NCBI GenBank assembly: GCA_016780665.1
Contig: JADHLM010000003.1
Span: forward strand, 1-33,080
Reading direction: 5' to 3'
Length of the DNA stretch: 33,080 nt
Source of the DNA: Hyphomicrobiales bacterium
Lineage (GTDB): Bacteria; Pseudomonadota; Alphaproteobacteria; Rhizobiales; TMED25
Shown: positions 15,751-27,948 of the stretch, piece after piece
Numbering within the stretch: the stretch's first letter is position 1
How the letters are laid out: every line of letters starts with the position of its first letter
Made by a program: the position numbers and the translations under genes
The notes under the pieces: generated by a model
The model's database searches: none
The model's input: only the letters and a program-made list of their open reading frames with translations
What the model was told of the DNA's origin: nothing

Positions 15751-17121
15751 ATGTATAGAAATAAATTGCCTTCATTAGATAAAGAAAATTTTATCCACCC
15801 TTTAACCCACCTTGCGAAGTTTGATAGAGGTGAGATACCAGCAAGGATTATGAAGTCTGCGAAGGGTGTAAAAATAAAAGACTTTGATGATAAAGAATAT
15901 ATAGATGCCTTCTCTGGGTTGTATTGTGTCAATGTTGGATATGGCTGCACTGAGATTATTGATGCAATAAAAAAACAGGCGGAAAATTTAGCTTACTATC
16001 ATGCATACTATGGGAATGGTACTGAAGCATCTATTAAATTATCTAATGTGGTTGTAAATTTAGCCCCAAAAAACATGAGTAAGATATATTTTGGATTAAC
16101 GGGTTCAGATGCAAACGAAACTAATATTAAATTGCTATGGCATTACAACAATTTGATAGGAAAACCTGAGAAGAAAAAAATTATTTCAAGAAATGGATCC
16201 TATCATGGCTCGGGGATAATTACTGGTAGTTTGACTGGACTTAAAAACTACCATAAAAACTTTGACCTTCCATTGAACAATTTCTTACATACTGAAGAAG
16301 CTAACTACTTTCATAGGAGTAATTTAGATCAAAGCGAGGAAGAATTCTCAAAATATTGTGCTGATAAATTAGAAGATACAATACTAATAGAAGGTCCAGA
16401 AACAATTGCAGGATTTATTGCAGAACCTGTAATGGGAAATGGCGGCTTAGTTCCACCACCAAAAGATTATTGGAGTAACGTATGTAAGGTACTCAAAAAA
16501 TATAATATTTTATTTATTGCAGATGAGGTTATCACAGGTTTTGGAAGACTCGGTGAGATGTTTGGCAGTGATTATTATGGCATCAAAGCAGATTTAATAA
16601 CTGTTGCAAAGGGTATTACGTCTGCCTATGCTCCGTTATCTGGTTCTATTATCTCAGATGAGATTTACGATGTTATAAGAGATGGGACAGATAAGAATGG
16701 TGTATTTACTCACGGATCCACATACTCGGCACACCCAATTTCATGCGCAGCTGCAGTAGCAAACTTAAATTTTATTAATAAAAATAATCTAATTAATAAA
16801 GGTTCAGAAATTGCAAAATATTTCAATATGAAACTGAAAGAGACATTTATTGATCATCCAAATGTGGGTGATATCAGATACGAGGGACTCCTATCAGCTA
16901 TTGAGTTGGTAAAAGAGAAAAAAAATAGACTCTACTTCAAAAATCAAGGGGCTTTGGCTCAAGAGATTGTTTCCAAAATGGCAGTTAATGGTATTCTCGC
17001 AAGAGCAATGCCGTCCGGAGACACTATTGGATTTGCACCTGCTTTTTGTTTATCCAAAAAAGATGCTGATATAATCATTGATTGCACATCAAAGAGTATT
17101 AATCAGGTTATAAACCACTAA
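15751..17121 (+). CDS. Class-III PLP aminotransferase, DoeD-like (diaminobutyrate transaminase subfamily)
   Basis: GLYCVNVGYG, LAYYHAY, GSDANETNIK, YHGS, ADEVITGFGRLG and TVAKG (PLP Lys). The subfamily call is from recalled similarity. Confidence 0.85.
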   Translation: MYRNKLPSLDKENFIHPLTHLAKFDRGEIPARIMKSAKGVKIKDFDDKEYIDAFSGLYCVNVGYGCTEIIDAIKKQAENLAYYHAYYGNGTEASIKLSNVVVNLAPKNMSKIYFGLTGSDANETNIKLLWHYNNLIGKPEKKKIISRNGSYHGSGIITGSLTGLKNYHKNFDLPLNNFLHTEEANYFHRSNLDQSEEEFSKYCADKLEDTILIEGPETIAGFIAEPVMGNGGLVPPPKDYWSNVCKVLKKYNILFIADEVITGFGRLGEMFGSDYYGIKADLITVAKGITSAYAPLSGSIISDEIYDVIRDGTDKNGVFTHGSTYSAHPISCAAAVANLNFINKNNLINKGSEIAKYFNMKLKETFIDHPNVGDIRYEGLLSAIELVKEKKNRLYFKNQGALAQEIVSKMAVNGILARAMPSGDTIGFAPAFCLSKKDADIIIDCTSKSINQVINH

Positions 17122-17848
17122 TACTATGAACTTTGCTCAAGATATCTTGATCAATTTTTATCCTCTTATTGTTTACTGATAACTTCCACGGTATCCCTTC
17201 AACAGCTTCTTCAAAAGTGAAATCATCTAGAATACTATCTAAATTCCAACCACTTGGAGACATGACAAATTTAGCTTTGTCTGTAATTAAAATTGAAGGG
17301 CCTTTACCTAACTGATATTTAACTCTCAATTTATCAAATGCTGCTCCAGAGCCAGGACTTGTTATAAAATCAACTTTTTCAACAAATCTTCTTGGATCGT
17401 GGGGCATGAGAATAATTAAATTAGGGATTAAACATGCAATATCATGCGCTCCACCTGAGCCAACCATTCTTACCTTGGGATTTTGATAGCCTCCTATAAC
17501 TGTTGAGTTTAAATTACCAAAAATGTCTATTTGAGCGGCCGAGAGTAGTCCAACATCAATTCTACCAGCTTGTAGATCAGAAAAAACAGAGAAACTATCT
17601 GTGATCATATCTGATCCATGGGCTATTGATGGACTGCCTGTGGAATAAGATTTTGTTTTTGGCATTGCGCCAATAGCCCCAGACTCATAAATTAAATTTA
17701 TATTGGGTTCAATTGTATCCTTAGCAAGGCATGCAGTATCTGATGGAATTCCTATACCCACAAAACATGATCGGTATCCTTTTAATTCCATTGCTGCAAT
17801 CATGGCGATCCTTTTATCGGGGTTAATTTCTCTGTGGTTAACTTTCAT
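17108..17848 (-). CDS. Family I CoA-transferase beta subunit (GctB/CatJ-like)
   Basis: FVGIGIP, IYESG (catalytic Glu), AQIDIFGNLNST, GSGGAHD and DFITSPG. Confidence 0.9.
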   Translation of the reverse strand: MKVNHREINPDKRIAMIAAMELKGYRSCFVGIGIPSDTACLAKDTIEPNINLIYESGAIGAMPKTKSYSTGSPSIAHGSDMITDSFSVFSDLQAGRIDVGLLSAAQIDIFGNLNSTVIGGYQNPKVRMVGSGGAHDIACLIPNLIILMPHDPRRFVEKVDFITSPGSGAAFDKLRVKYQLGKGPSILITDKAKFVMSPSGWNLDSILDDFTFEEAVEGIPWKLSVNNKRIKIDQDILSKVHSISGL

Positions 17849-18731
17849 CCAATGCTCCGCATAAACCCTTTTCTAGGGACAACCTATTTTCTTTCCCTAT
17901 CTTTTCCATATATAATTCGATATTATCTACGTTAATTACCCATTCACTAAGATAGCGCTCTAGTTCTGACTCATTTCTTGAGACAGAGTCATAAGATATA
18001 TAATGCTGGTCATCTCTTGAGTAAAAACCTGATACATAAGATGGATATGCACCCCATGGAAGCTCAACAATATTTGTAACCCTGTGAGATGGAATAATTG
18101 TTTTTTCAGGAGAGTCTTTTATTTCTATATTATCTATAATTCTTTCAACACTTACTATAATACGATCCGACGCTAATGCCCCCTCAACAGTGTCCCCGTC
18201 AATACCCCACATCTGAACATTTCCATATTTATCAGCCTGTTGCGCATGAATTAATGACACATCCGGTTTCAATGAAGGAATAGCTGTATATTCTTGACCC
18301 GTGTATGGAGAAATAATTTTTTTTATAAATTGGATATTTTCTGGCAAATTACCAATTTGTAGTATTTTTGAGGGTATAAAATCAATACCCATCCGAGCGG
18401 CATGTAACCTCATGATTATTGACTGATTTGTCCATTCTTCAATTTCAATCGTTTTAGATTTATATGCTCTATTAAAAGAATGAGAAAGCCCGACTGTTGG
18501 ATTCCCAATATAACCAAAAATAACTTTTTTTATTATGCCTGAAGCTATTAATTGATCAAACAAAATATCAGCACCAGACCTGCAAATAGACAAATTATTT
18601 ATATTCTGCCTTATAAGTTCGTGTGCTAAATAAAATGGTATTAAATGACCAAAACCACCAATAAATATTAAATCATCAGATGAAACATTATTTTTAATAG
18701 CATCATGTAAGTTTGATAACTTTTCAATCAT
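17838..18731 (-). CDS. Family I CoA-transferase alpha subunit (GctA/CatI-like)
   Basis: GGFGHLIP..AHELIRQ, PDVSLIHAQQADKYGN and PWGAYPS; overlaps the beta gene. Confidence 0.9.
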   Translation of the reverse strand: MIEKLSNLHDAIKNNVSSDDLIFIGGFGHLIPFYLAHELIRQNINNLSICRSGADILFDQLIASGIIKKVIFGYIGNPTVGLSHSFNRAYKSKTIEIEEWTNQSIIMRLHAARMGIDFIPSKILQIGNLPENIQFIKKIISPYTGQEYTAIPSLKPDVSLIHAQQADKYGNVQMWGIDGDTVEGALASDRIIVSVERIIDNIEIKDSPEKTIIPSHRVTNIVELPWGAYPSYVSGFYSRDDQHYISYDSVSRNESELERYLSEWVINVDNIELYMEKIGKENRLSLEKGLCGALDES

Positions 18732-18741
18732 GATTTAATTG

Positions 18742-19941
18742 CTAAATAACTTCTGCTTTTGCAAGTGCCTCAATTTGATCATTATCGTAACCTATTGATT
18801 GCAGAATTTCTCTATTATCCTCGCCGAGCAGCGGTGGAGCCTTATTGATTGTCGCTGGTGTATCAGAAAACCTATATGGAACACCCAACATTTTTAAAAC
18901 TCCAGCTTCTGAATGATTTACACTCACGACCATATCATTTGATATAGTCTGTTCGTCAGAGAGTGCATTCTCAACGGAGTTCACAGCACTTGCAGGAATG
19001 TTAGAACCCAATAATTTCTCTAACCATTCATCTACTTTTTTTGTGCTAATTACATCTTGTATTTCCTTATCAATAATACTTCGATTTATAACCCGGTCAG
19101 CATTTTTTATAAATCTTTTGTCTTTTGCCCAATCATCTCTTCCAAGACAGGATGCAAATTTAGCAAATTGTATATCATTGCCTACTGCAATTGCAATACT
19201 ACCATCTATGGCATCAAATGTTCTATATGGAACAATATTTGGATGACCATTTCCAAATCTTCGAGCTGGTTTTCCGCTGACAAGATGATTTGCAGCAACA
19301 TTAACAAGCATTGAGATACTTGTGGTATAAAGACTTGTTTCAACTTTCTGTCCCTTACCAGATATGTTCCTTGAGTTTAATGCCCCTAGAATAGCAATTG
19401 TAGCATTCATACCGGTACAGACATCCACTAATGCGACACCAACTTTCATTGGATCACCATTTTCTTCCCCCGTGATGCTCATCAAACCGCTCTCTGCTTG
19501 AAGAAGAAAATCATAACCCGGTCTTTTGCCGCGAGGTCCTCTTCCCCCGTAACCAGTAATTTGACAATGAACTAGTTGAGGAGCCTCTTTTTTGCGCCAC
19601 TCATCTGTGATTCCATAGTTATCCATTGTTCCAAATTTAAAATTCTCAATCAAAACATCAGAGTTCTTTAGTAGTTTTTTGAGTATTTTTATGCCTTCTT
19701 CAGATTTAAGATTAAGGGTAACACTTTTTTTATTTCTGTTAATTCCAAGAAAATATGCTGCCTCACTTCCAGCAAATGGGGGTCCCCAGGATCTTGTATC
19801 ATCACCTTTTCCAGGTTGTTCAATTTTAATAATCTCTGCACCCATATCTCCGAGATTCATGGTGCAAAATGGACCAGCTAAAATTCTACTTAAATCAAGA
19901 ACCCTGATACCACTTAGTGGTCCATTTTTATTTTCACTCAT
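18742..19941 (-). CDS. Family III CoA-transferase (CaiB/BaiF)
   Basis: PLSGIRVLDLSRILAGP, GDDTR, NRNKKS, GYD, LVDVCTG (catalytic Asp) and PPLLGE. Confidence 0.95.
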   Translation of the reverse strand: MSENKNGPLSGIRVLDLSRILAGPFCTMNLGDMGAEIIKIEQPGKGDDTRSWGPPFAGSEAAYFLGINRNKKSVTLNLKSEEGIKILKKLLKNSDVLIENFKFGTMDNYGITDEWRKKEAPQLVHCQITGYGGRGPRGKRPGYDFLLQAESGLMSITGEENGDPMKVGVALVDVCTGMNATIAILGALNSRNISGKGQKVETSLYTTSISMLVNVAANHLVSGKPARRFGNGHPNIVPYRTFDAIDGSIAIAVGNDIQFAKFASCLGRDDWAKDKRFIKNADRVINRSIIDKEIQDVISTKKVDEWLEKLLGSNIPASAVNSVENALSDEQTISNDMVVSVNHSEAGVLKMLGVPYRFSDTPATINKAPPLLGEDNREILQSIGYDNDQIEALAKAEVI

Positions 19942-19958
19942 ACCAATTGACCATAGCT

Positions 19959-20825
19959 TTATCTTGGTCTTTCATTTTCATCATTAGCAAGACCATCGAG
20001 ATATGATTCAACATTTTCTCTTCTTCTTTCACGGAACTGCTGGAAATTTGGTTTTCTCTTTTCAAGAAAAGCATTCATCCCTTCAAGTGACTCTTCTGAT
20101 CCCCATACGTGTGCTAGAAGCTCCATACCATGTTGCCAACTTGCATATAAAGTATCGGAGTCATGGTTAAGTGATTTTTTGGTTTGTCTAATTGTTTGTC
20201 CGCTTCGTTCTATTAATCCTTCAGCCCACTTTTGTGTTTCTTCTTCTAATTTAGCTTTTGGAACAACTCTGTTAATCAAACCGATGCTTACTGCTTCCTC
20301 TGCTGTAAATCTTCTGGCCATAAAAATCATTTCTTTAGCAAGTCTTGAACCAATTAATTGAGGCAAATATTGGGTAGCACCAACTGTTGGACATGCTCCA
20401 ACTACAGCACCACTTTGTCCAAATACAGCATCATCTGCAGCAATAACCAAATCGCACCATAATGCCAATTCATGACCACCACCCATGCAATACCCATGAA
20501 CTGAAGCGATGACAGGAATGGGAACACCTCTTATTGCCATTGCAAGAGCAAGCATTCTATCATTCCAATGTGCTGCATTTTCCCAATCTAATCTCATCAT
20601 TGCATGAAAATCACCGCCAGCCGAAAAAGCTTTATCACCAACTCCATTAATCACAATGCAGACTATTGATGGATCATTTCTTGTGGATAGAACTGCATCC
20701 GTTAGTTCGTCTAGTGTTTGTTCTCTGAAGGCATTCCTAACTTCAGGTCTATTTATTGATATCCATGCTACTTTATTTTTTATTTCAAATAAAATTTCCT
20801 TATACTTACCGCCAGCTTTTGACAT
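19959..20825 (-). CDS. Crotonase-family enzyme, BadI/MenB-like subfamily
   Basis: INRPEVRNAFR, AFSAGGD, GYCMGGGHE, FGQSG and EGMNAFLEKRKPNF. Confidence 0.88.
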   Translation of the reverse strand: MSKAGGKYKEILFEIKNKVAWISINRPEVRNAFREQTLDELTDAVLSTRNDPSIVCIVINGVGDKAFSAGGDFHAMMRLDWENAAHWNDRMLALAMAIRGVPIPVIASVHGYCMGGGHELALWCDLVIAADDAVFGQSGAVVGACPTVGATQYLPQLIGSRLAKEMIFMARRFTAEEAVSIGLINRVVPKAKLEEETQKWAEGLIERSGQTIRQTKKSLNHDSDTLYASWQHGMELLAHVWGSEESLEGMNAFLEKRKPNFQQFRERRRENVESYLDGLANDENERPR

Positions 20826-20870
20826 TCTTTACCTCTGTTTATTAATATTTTTTTCGAGTTTAAGTTATCA

Positions 20871-21287
20871 TCATTTTTCATTTTCTTCAACCTCAATCAG
20901 GGCACCTGAAAGCTCATTTGGATGAATAAAATATAAATTTCTCCCATGATACCCTGATGTTGGCTCTGCTGTAAGGTTCAAACCACTTTTTTTATGCTTG
21001 TCGTATTCACTATTAACATCGTTAACGGATACACAGTAATGATGAAGACCACCTTTTGGATTTTTCTCTAAGAACTTTGTAATTGGAGATTTATCGTTTA
21101 ATGGCTCCATTAGTTCAATTTTTAAGTTTTCAAATGAAATTACTGCCATCTTTATATTTTGCTTTTCAATAATCATTATCTCAGATATCGGAACATTGAA
21201 TAATTTTTTGTATGCTAAAATAGCTTTATCAATGTTTGGTACTGCATGTGCGATGTGATCAATATTCATATTTTTATTCCATATCAA
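20871..21287 (-). CDS. mce: Methylmalonyl-CoA epimerase-like VOC protein (start may be the second ATG, 21269)
   Basis: DHIAHAV, KIELMEP, GGLHH, FIHP..LSGALIE. Confidence 0.85.
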   Translation of the reverse strand: MIWNKNMNIDHIAHAVPNIDKAILAYKKLFNVPISEIMIIEKQNIKMAVISFENLKIELMEPLNDKSPITKFLEKNPKGGLHHYCVSVNDVNSEYDKHKKSGLNLTAEPTSGYHGRNLYFIHPNELSGALIEVEENEK

Positions 21288-21430
21288 ATGTATTTTTCAA
21301 AAAAATTATCGAAGTCTTTCAAAGAAATTATAAAACTATTCTATATATGAATGAAAAAAAATCTATGTATTCTCAAAAAATTTTTGTAATGTATTTGTGA
21401 TATAAAACACATTAAATTATGAGGTCATAA

Positions 21431-22351
21431 ATGTTTAACCCCTTCAGTCAACCATCCTTAATTAAAGCAGAAGTTTTTGCTTCATTGCCTGAAAAATATA
21501 GAAATCTAGGCACAACAGATTGGTCCAATCCAAACAGGCAGGGCGCAAAAGTTGAGCAGTTCTTAGAAGGACCTTCTTTTGATAGAAATGGTAACCTTTA
21601 TGTTACTGATATCCCATATGGAAGAATATTTAAAATTGATACGTCCGGTAATTGGGATCTGGTTTGCGAATATGATGGATGGCCAAATGGTCTAAAATTT
21701 CATAAGGACGGAAGAGCCTTTATCGCATGTTACAAACAAGGCTTGATGGTTTTGGATGTCAATACAGGGAAAATTGAGCCTATTATTGAAACAATGTATT
21801 CAGAGGGGTTCAAAGGTTTGAATGACCTTCACTTCAATAATGAAGGAGATTTGTTTTTCACAGATCAAGGTCAAACGGGCATCATCGATTGGAGTGGCAG
21901 AGTATTTAAATACTCAAAGGATGGAGAACTTCAAAGATTAGTTACAAACGCACCCAGTCCGAATGGGATTACTCTAAATAATGCAGAAAATCAGGTCTAT
22001 GTGGCGGTAACAAGATCTCAACAAATTTGGCGTCTTCCACTCATGAAGGATAAGAGTATAAGTAAAAGTGGCGTTGCAATCCAACTTTCTGGTGGGCATG
22101 CAGGTCCAGATGGAATTGAAATGGACTCAGAAGATGGACTGATTGTATGTCACTTGGGCGTTGGTGTTTGGAGATTTGATAATAATTGTCTTCCAACTCA
22201 TCTTGTTTATACAGATGAGCATAGTTTGATGACAAATATTGCATTCGGTGGTCCTGAAAGAAAAACACTATATATTACAGACTCAATGAATGGAAGAATC
22301 ATGAGAGCTGAAATGCCCGTAGCTGGTAAAGTATTATACGGATTATCATAA
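21431..22351 (+). CDS. SMP-30/gluconolactonase beta-propeller
   Basis: LEGP, PNG, LND, PNGI, PDG and TNIAFGG motifs; GAGG RBS. Confidence 0.93.
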   Translation: MFNPFSQPSLIKAEVFASLPEKYRNLGTTDWSNPNRQGAKVEQFLEGPSFDRNGNLYVTDIPYGRIFKIDTSGNWDLVCEYDGWPNGLKFHKDGRAFIACYKQGLMVLDVNTGKIEPIIETMYSEGFKGLNDLHFNNEGDLFFTDQGQTGIIDWSGRVFKYSKDGELQRLVTNAPSPNGITLNNAENQVYVAVTRSQQIWRLPLMKDKSISKSGVAIQLSGGHAGPDGIEMDSEDGLIVCHLGVGVWRFDNNCLPTHLVYTDEHSLMTNIAFGGPERKTLYITDSMNGRIMRAEMPVAGKVLYGLS

Positions 22352-22371
22352 TTAAAAATTTAAAAGGGGAT

Positions 22372-23571
22372 TTGATAATGCAGAATGGCCATTTTATTAG
22401 CAGTCTAGATCAGGGTAGTAAAAAAATACTCCAAACCAAATATCCTGTATTTACGGAAAATGAATATAAAAGAAGAATTGCTCTCCTTTCAGACACTATT
22501 TCAAATCTTAATCTTGATAAGGTTGTCATATATGAAGCTATGGGATCCGGGAGTGCTGTACAATATTTTACAGGATGGCACACAACCCAAGAAGCATTGG
22601 TTGATATTGTCGCTGGGATGAAAATAAATTTATATGTGGAACATTACAACCATTTACCAATGGCAGAAAAATTAATTAATAATCAAACAAACCTGATATG
22701 GGGAGAGAGACAACTATCTCAGAAAATCTTTCCAAGAATAATTCAGGATCTTGATAGCAACAGTAAAATAGGTGTTATTGGTAGGTTACCCTATAGTTAT
22801 ATTGAACAATTGAATGAAAAAAATATCCAAGTAATAGATATTTTTTCACATTATAACAAGATGCGCTCAATCAAAAGTACAGAAGAAATTTCGTGGATGA
22901 AAATTGCTGCCGCTCTAACTGATGAAGGTATCAACAATTTAGTAAATAACCTTGAGCCTGGACTTACAGAACATGAAATGTCTCAAATCACTCAATCAGG
23001 TTATTTAAAACATGGCGGACATAAAATAATAAATTTTTTTGGTATAACTGATATGGATAAACCAGATAATTGTGTTCCCTATCAATATACTTCAAACAAA
23101 ACTATTACGAAAGATGATATTATTACAACAGAAATCAGTTCCCACTTTTGGAATTACCCTGGACAGGTTTTGAGGAGTATTGGTTTTAAAAAATTAAATT
23201 CATTGTATAGTGAATTACATGCAGTTGGGGATGAAGTATTCAAGAGTATCTTTAAAATATTAAAAGATGGAACTACTATTGAAGAAATATACAATATTTC
23301 TTCAAAAATAGAGGATGGTAGCTTTTCTATTTGGGATGATTTAATTCATGGTTACGGCGGCGGATATTTAGATCCGGTAATTGGTACAAAAAGCAGACCA
23401 GCAAGTCATTATGATAATTTTGTCTTCAAAGAAAATATGTTGGTAGTTATACAACCGAATGTTATTACCAATGATCATAAAGCTGGGATTCAAACAGGTG
23501 AGTTAGTCCATATTCAAAAAGACAAAGCTGTTCGTATGCACAGTTTTACACAAGGGTACATTCAATTGTAA
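22372..23571 (+). CDS. M24 (creatinase/Xaa-Pro peptidase fold) hydrolase-like protein with non-canonical active site
   Basis: EYKRR N-terminal domain, RSIKSTEEI, HGYG and IQPN. The start is probably the ATG at 22378. Confidence 0.82.
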   Translation: MIMQNGHFISSLDQGSKKILQTKYPVFTENEYKRRIALLSDTISNLNLDKVVIYEAMGSGSAVQYFTGWHTTQEALVDIVAGMKINLYVEHYNHLPMAEKLINNQTNLIWGERQLSQKIFPRIIQDLDSNSKIGVIGRLPYSYIEQLNEKNIQVIDIFSHYNKMRSIKSTEEISWMKIAAALTDEGINNLVNNLEPGLTEHEMSQITQSGYLKHGGHKIINFFGITDMDKPDNCVPYQYTSNKTITKDDIITTEISSHFWNYPGQVLRSIGFKKLNSLYSELHAVGDEVFKSIFKILKDGTTIEEIYNISSKIEDGSFSIWDDLIHGYGGGYLDPVIGTKSRPASHYDNFVFKENMLVVIQPNVITNDHKAGIQTGELVHIQKDKAVRMHSFTQGYIQL

Positions 23572-23579
23572 TGTCTTAT

Positions 23580-26039
<2,460 letters not shown>

Positions 26040-26102
26040 TTAAAATCTATCTTAGATTGAAAAAACTTGATTCTGCAAGTTTTTAATCAGTCAAGGCGCT
26101 TT

Positions 26103-27254
26103 CTAGATCAGTTTTCCATTACTAATGTCAAAAATATCAGTTTTATTGCAAATATGAGTAAAAAAATCAGGTGAAGTGCCAGTAAGCCACGTTTGAGATC
26201 CGATGTCTGAAATTTGATCAAATAGGTTTGTGAGCCTCTTATTATCCATATGTGCTGTGATTTCATCTAATAGTAAAATAGGTAAATTATTATTATTATT
26301 TTGAAATACTCTTGCTTCTGCAAGAATTAGTGAGATGAGTAGATTTTTTTGTTCACCAGTTGAACAATTTTCGGCGAACATATTATTTTTTTTATATAAA
26401 AGCGTAAAATCAGTTCTATGTACTCCGAAGTTTGCTTTAAAGGTTGCTTTATCTTTTTTACGGGACTCTAAGAATAAATTTTTAATATTTTCCTCAATTT
26501 GTTCCATATCTGTATGTAGATTGACATTACCAATCTCTTCTCTCATGACAATCTTTGCTGAGGGAAATAAATTTGATCGAACTTCTTCCTCCATAATTTT
26601 ATTTACTTTGTTTACTGCCAAATCACGTGAAATAAATATCTGTGTAGCTAGTTTAGCTATTTGTTTTTCAATATTGTCTAACCAATTATCATCTAAAATA
26701 TCCAATCTCGTCAAAATCTTATTTCTTTGCATAATCAACCGCTCATAATTTTTTATATTTTCTGAATGATCTGTTTCTAGAAGATTTATTAATTTATCAA
26801 AAAATTTACGTCTATCACTTCTTTGTCCAATGAATAGACCGTCCATTTGAGGTGTTAACCAGATTAAACCAAGATAATTTGTAAATATTTTTGGGCTTTT
26901 GTATGAAGTACCGTCTACTCTGCACTGCCTGGCTTTTCCTTTTATAAGGTCATGTTTATTAATCCCAGTCCCGAGCTTAATATTACCCAATTCACTATGC
27001 ACTTCCATGAAAACTGACCATCCTCCTCTTCCATTTGAATTCGACTGATCAGCCAAATTTGACCCCCTCAAACCTTTACTTGCTGTAAACATTGATATTG
27101 CTTCAAGAACGTTTGTCTTACCAGATCCATTTAAACCCGTTAGTAGAATGAAATCTTTATCGGTTGTTATAGATGAATAGCTGTGGTTCCTAAAATCAGT
27201 TAAATTAAGTTTATTAATTCTTGTTAAATTTTTAGTGTTTTTATCATAAACCAT
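26103..27254 (-). CDS. recF: DNA replication/repair protein RecF
   Basis: FRN, GLNGSGKTN, RRKFFD, STGEQK and LLLDE. Confidence 0.97.
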   Translation of the reverse strand: MVYDKNTKNLTRINKLNLTDFRNHSYSSITTDKDFILLTGLNGSGKTNVLEAISMFTASKGLRGSNLADQSNSNGRGGWSVFMEVHSELGNIKLGTGINKHDLIKGKARQCRVDGTSYKSPKIFTNYLGLIWLTPQMDGLFIGQRSDRRKFFDKLINLLETDHSENIKNYERLIMQRNKILTRLDILDDNWLDNIEKQIAKLATQIFISRDLAVNKVNKIMEEEVRSNLFPSAKIVMREEIGNVNLHTDMEQIEENIKNLFLESRKKDKATFKANFGVHRTDFTLLYKKNNMFAENCSTGEQKNLLISLILAEARVFQNNNNNLPILLLDEITAHMDNKRLTNLFDQISDIGSQTWLTGTSPDFFTHICNKTDIFDISNGKLI

Positions 27255-27291
27255 ACAATTTTCATTTCTGATTATTCAAATAACACATAAC

Positions 27292-27882
27292 TTATTTGTC
27301 TGATTTACTGACCCCGACTCTGGCTGGTCTCAAAATACGGTCATATAAACGATAACCTGGTTCTACTAAATGAACAACAATACCACTCTCATTTTCTGAG
27401 TTAGGCACCTCGAACATTGCCTCATGCATTGTTGGATCAAATTTTTCTCCCAAAGGATCAAATCTTTCAATACCATTTCTAGAAAAAATCTGTGTCAAAG
27501 AACGTAAAGTTAGCTCTACCCCATCATAAAGCGTTTTCATTGCATCATTTGTTTCAAAATCGATCTCTTTAACACTTTCTATCGCTCTTTCAAGGTCATC
27601 TGCCACAGTTATTATATCCCTTGCGAATTTTGTTGTTGAATATTTAATAGCATCTTCTCTTTCCTTTAGGCTTCTCTTTCTAAGATTTTCCATTTCTGCA
27701 GCCATTCTCAATAAACGATCATTTAATTCGTCAAGTTGCCCTGCATGATCTAAATCTGAAATAGAGTTCTCATCCGAAGCTATAGCCCCTTCCTCTTCTC
27801 TAGTGTTTACGTCTAGATTGTCAGCATCAGTTACTTCGATATGTTCTTCTTTTTTTGATTTTTTATCTTGATTATTTTCCAT
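27292..27882 (-). CDS. grpE: Nucleotide exchange factor GrpE
   Basis: AEMENLRKR, FDPTMHEA and GY..RILRPARV. Confidence 0.97.
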   Translation of the reverse strand: MENNQDKKSKKEEHIEVTDADNLDVNTREEEGAIASDENSISDLDHAGQLDELNDRLLRMAAEMENLRKRSLKEREDAIKYSTTKFARDIITVADDLERAIESVKEIDFETNDAMKTLYDGVELTLRSLTQIFSRNGIERFDPLGEKFDPTMHEAMFEVPNSENESGIVVHLVEPGYRLYDRILRPARVGVSKSDK

Positions 27883-27948
27883 TAGAATCCCAACTAATTT
27901 TTTAACCTATATAATGCTATATAATATTTACTCTATACCTTTCTAGCC

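Noticed and set aside
15665-15775. N-terminal extension of ORF 15335-15775, and ORF 15723-15950
   Set aside because: They overlap the divergent aminotransferase, and a good RBS supports the ATG at 15664.
17448-17455. GCTCCACC as an attR copy of the tRNA-Ala 3' end
   Set aside because: Only 8 nt, and it lies within the conserved GSGGA codons of the CoA-transferase, so it is a chance match.
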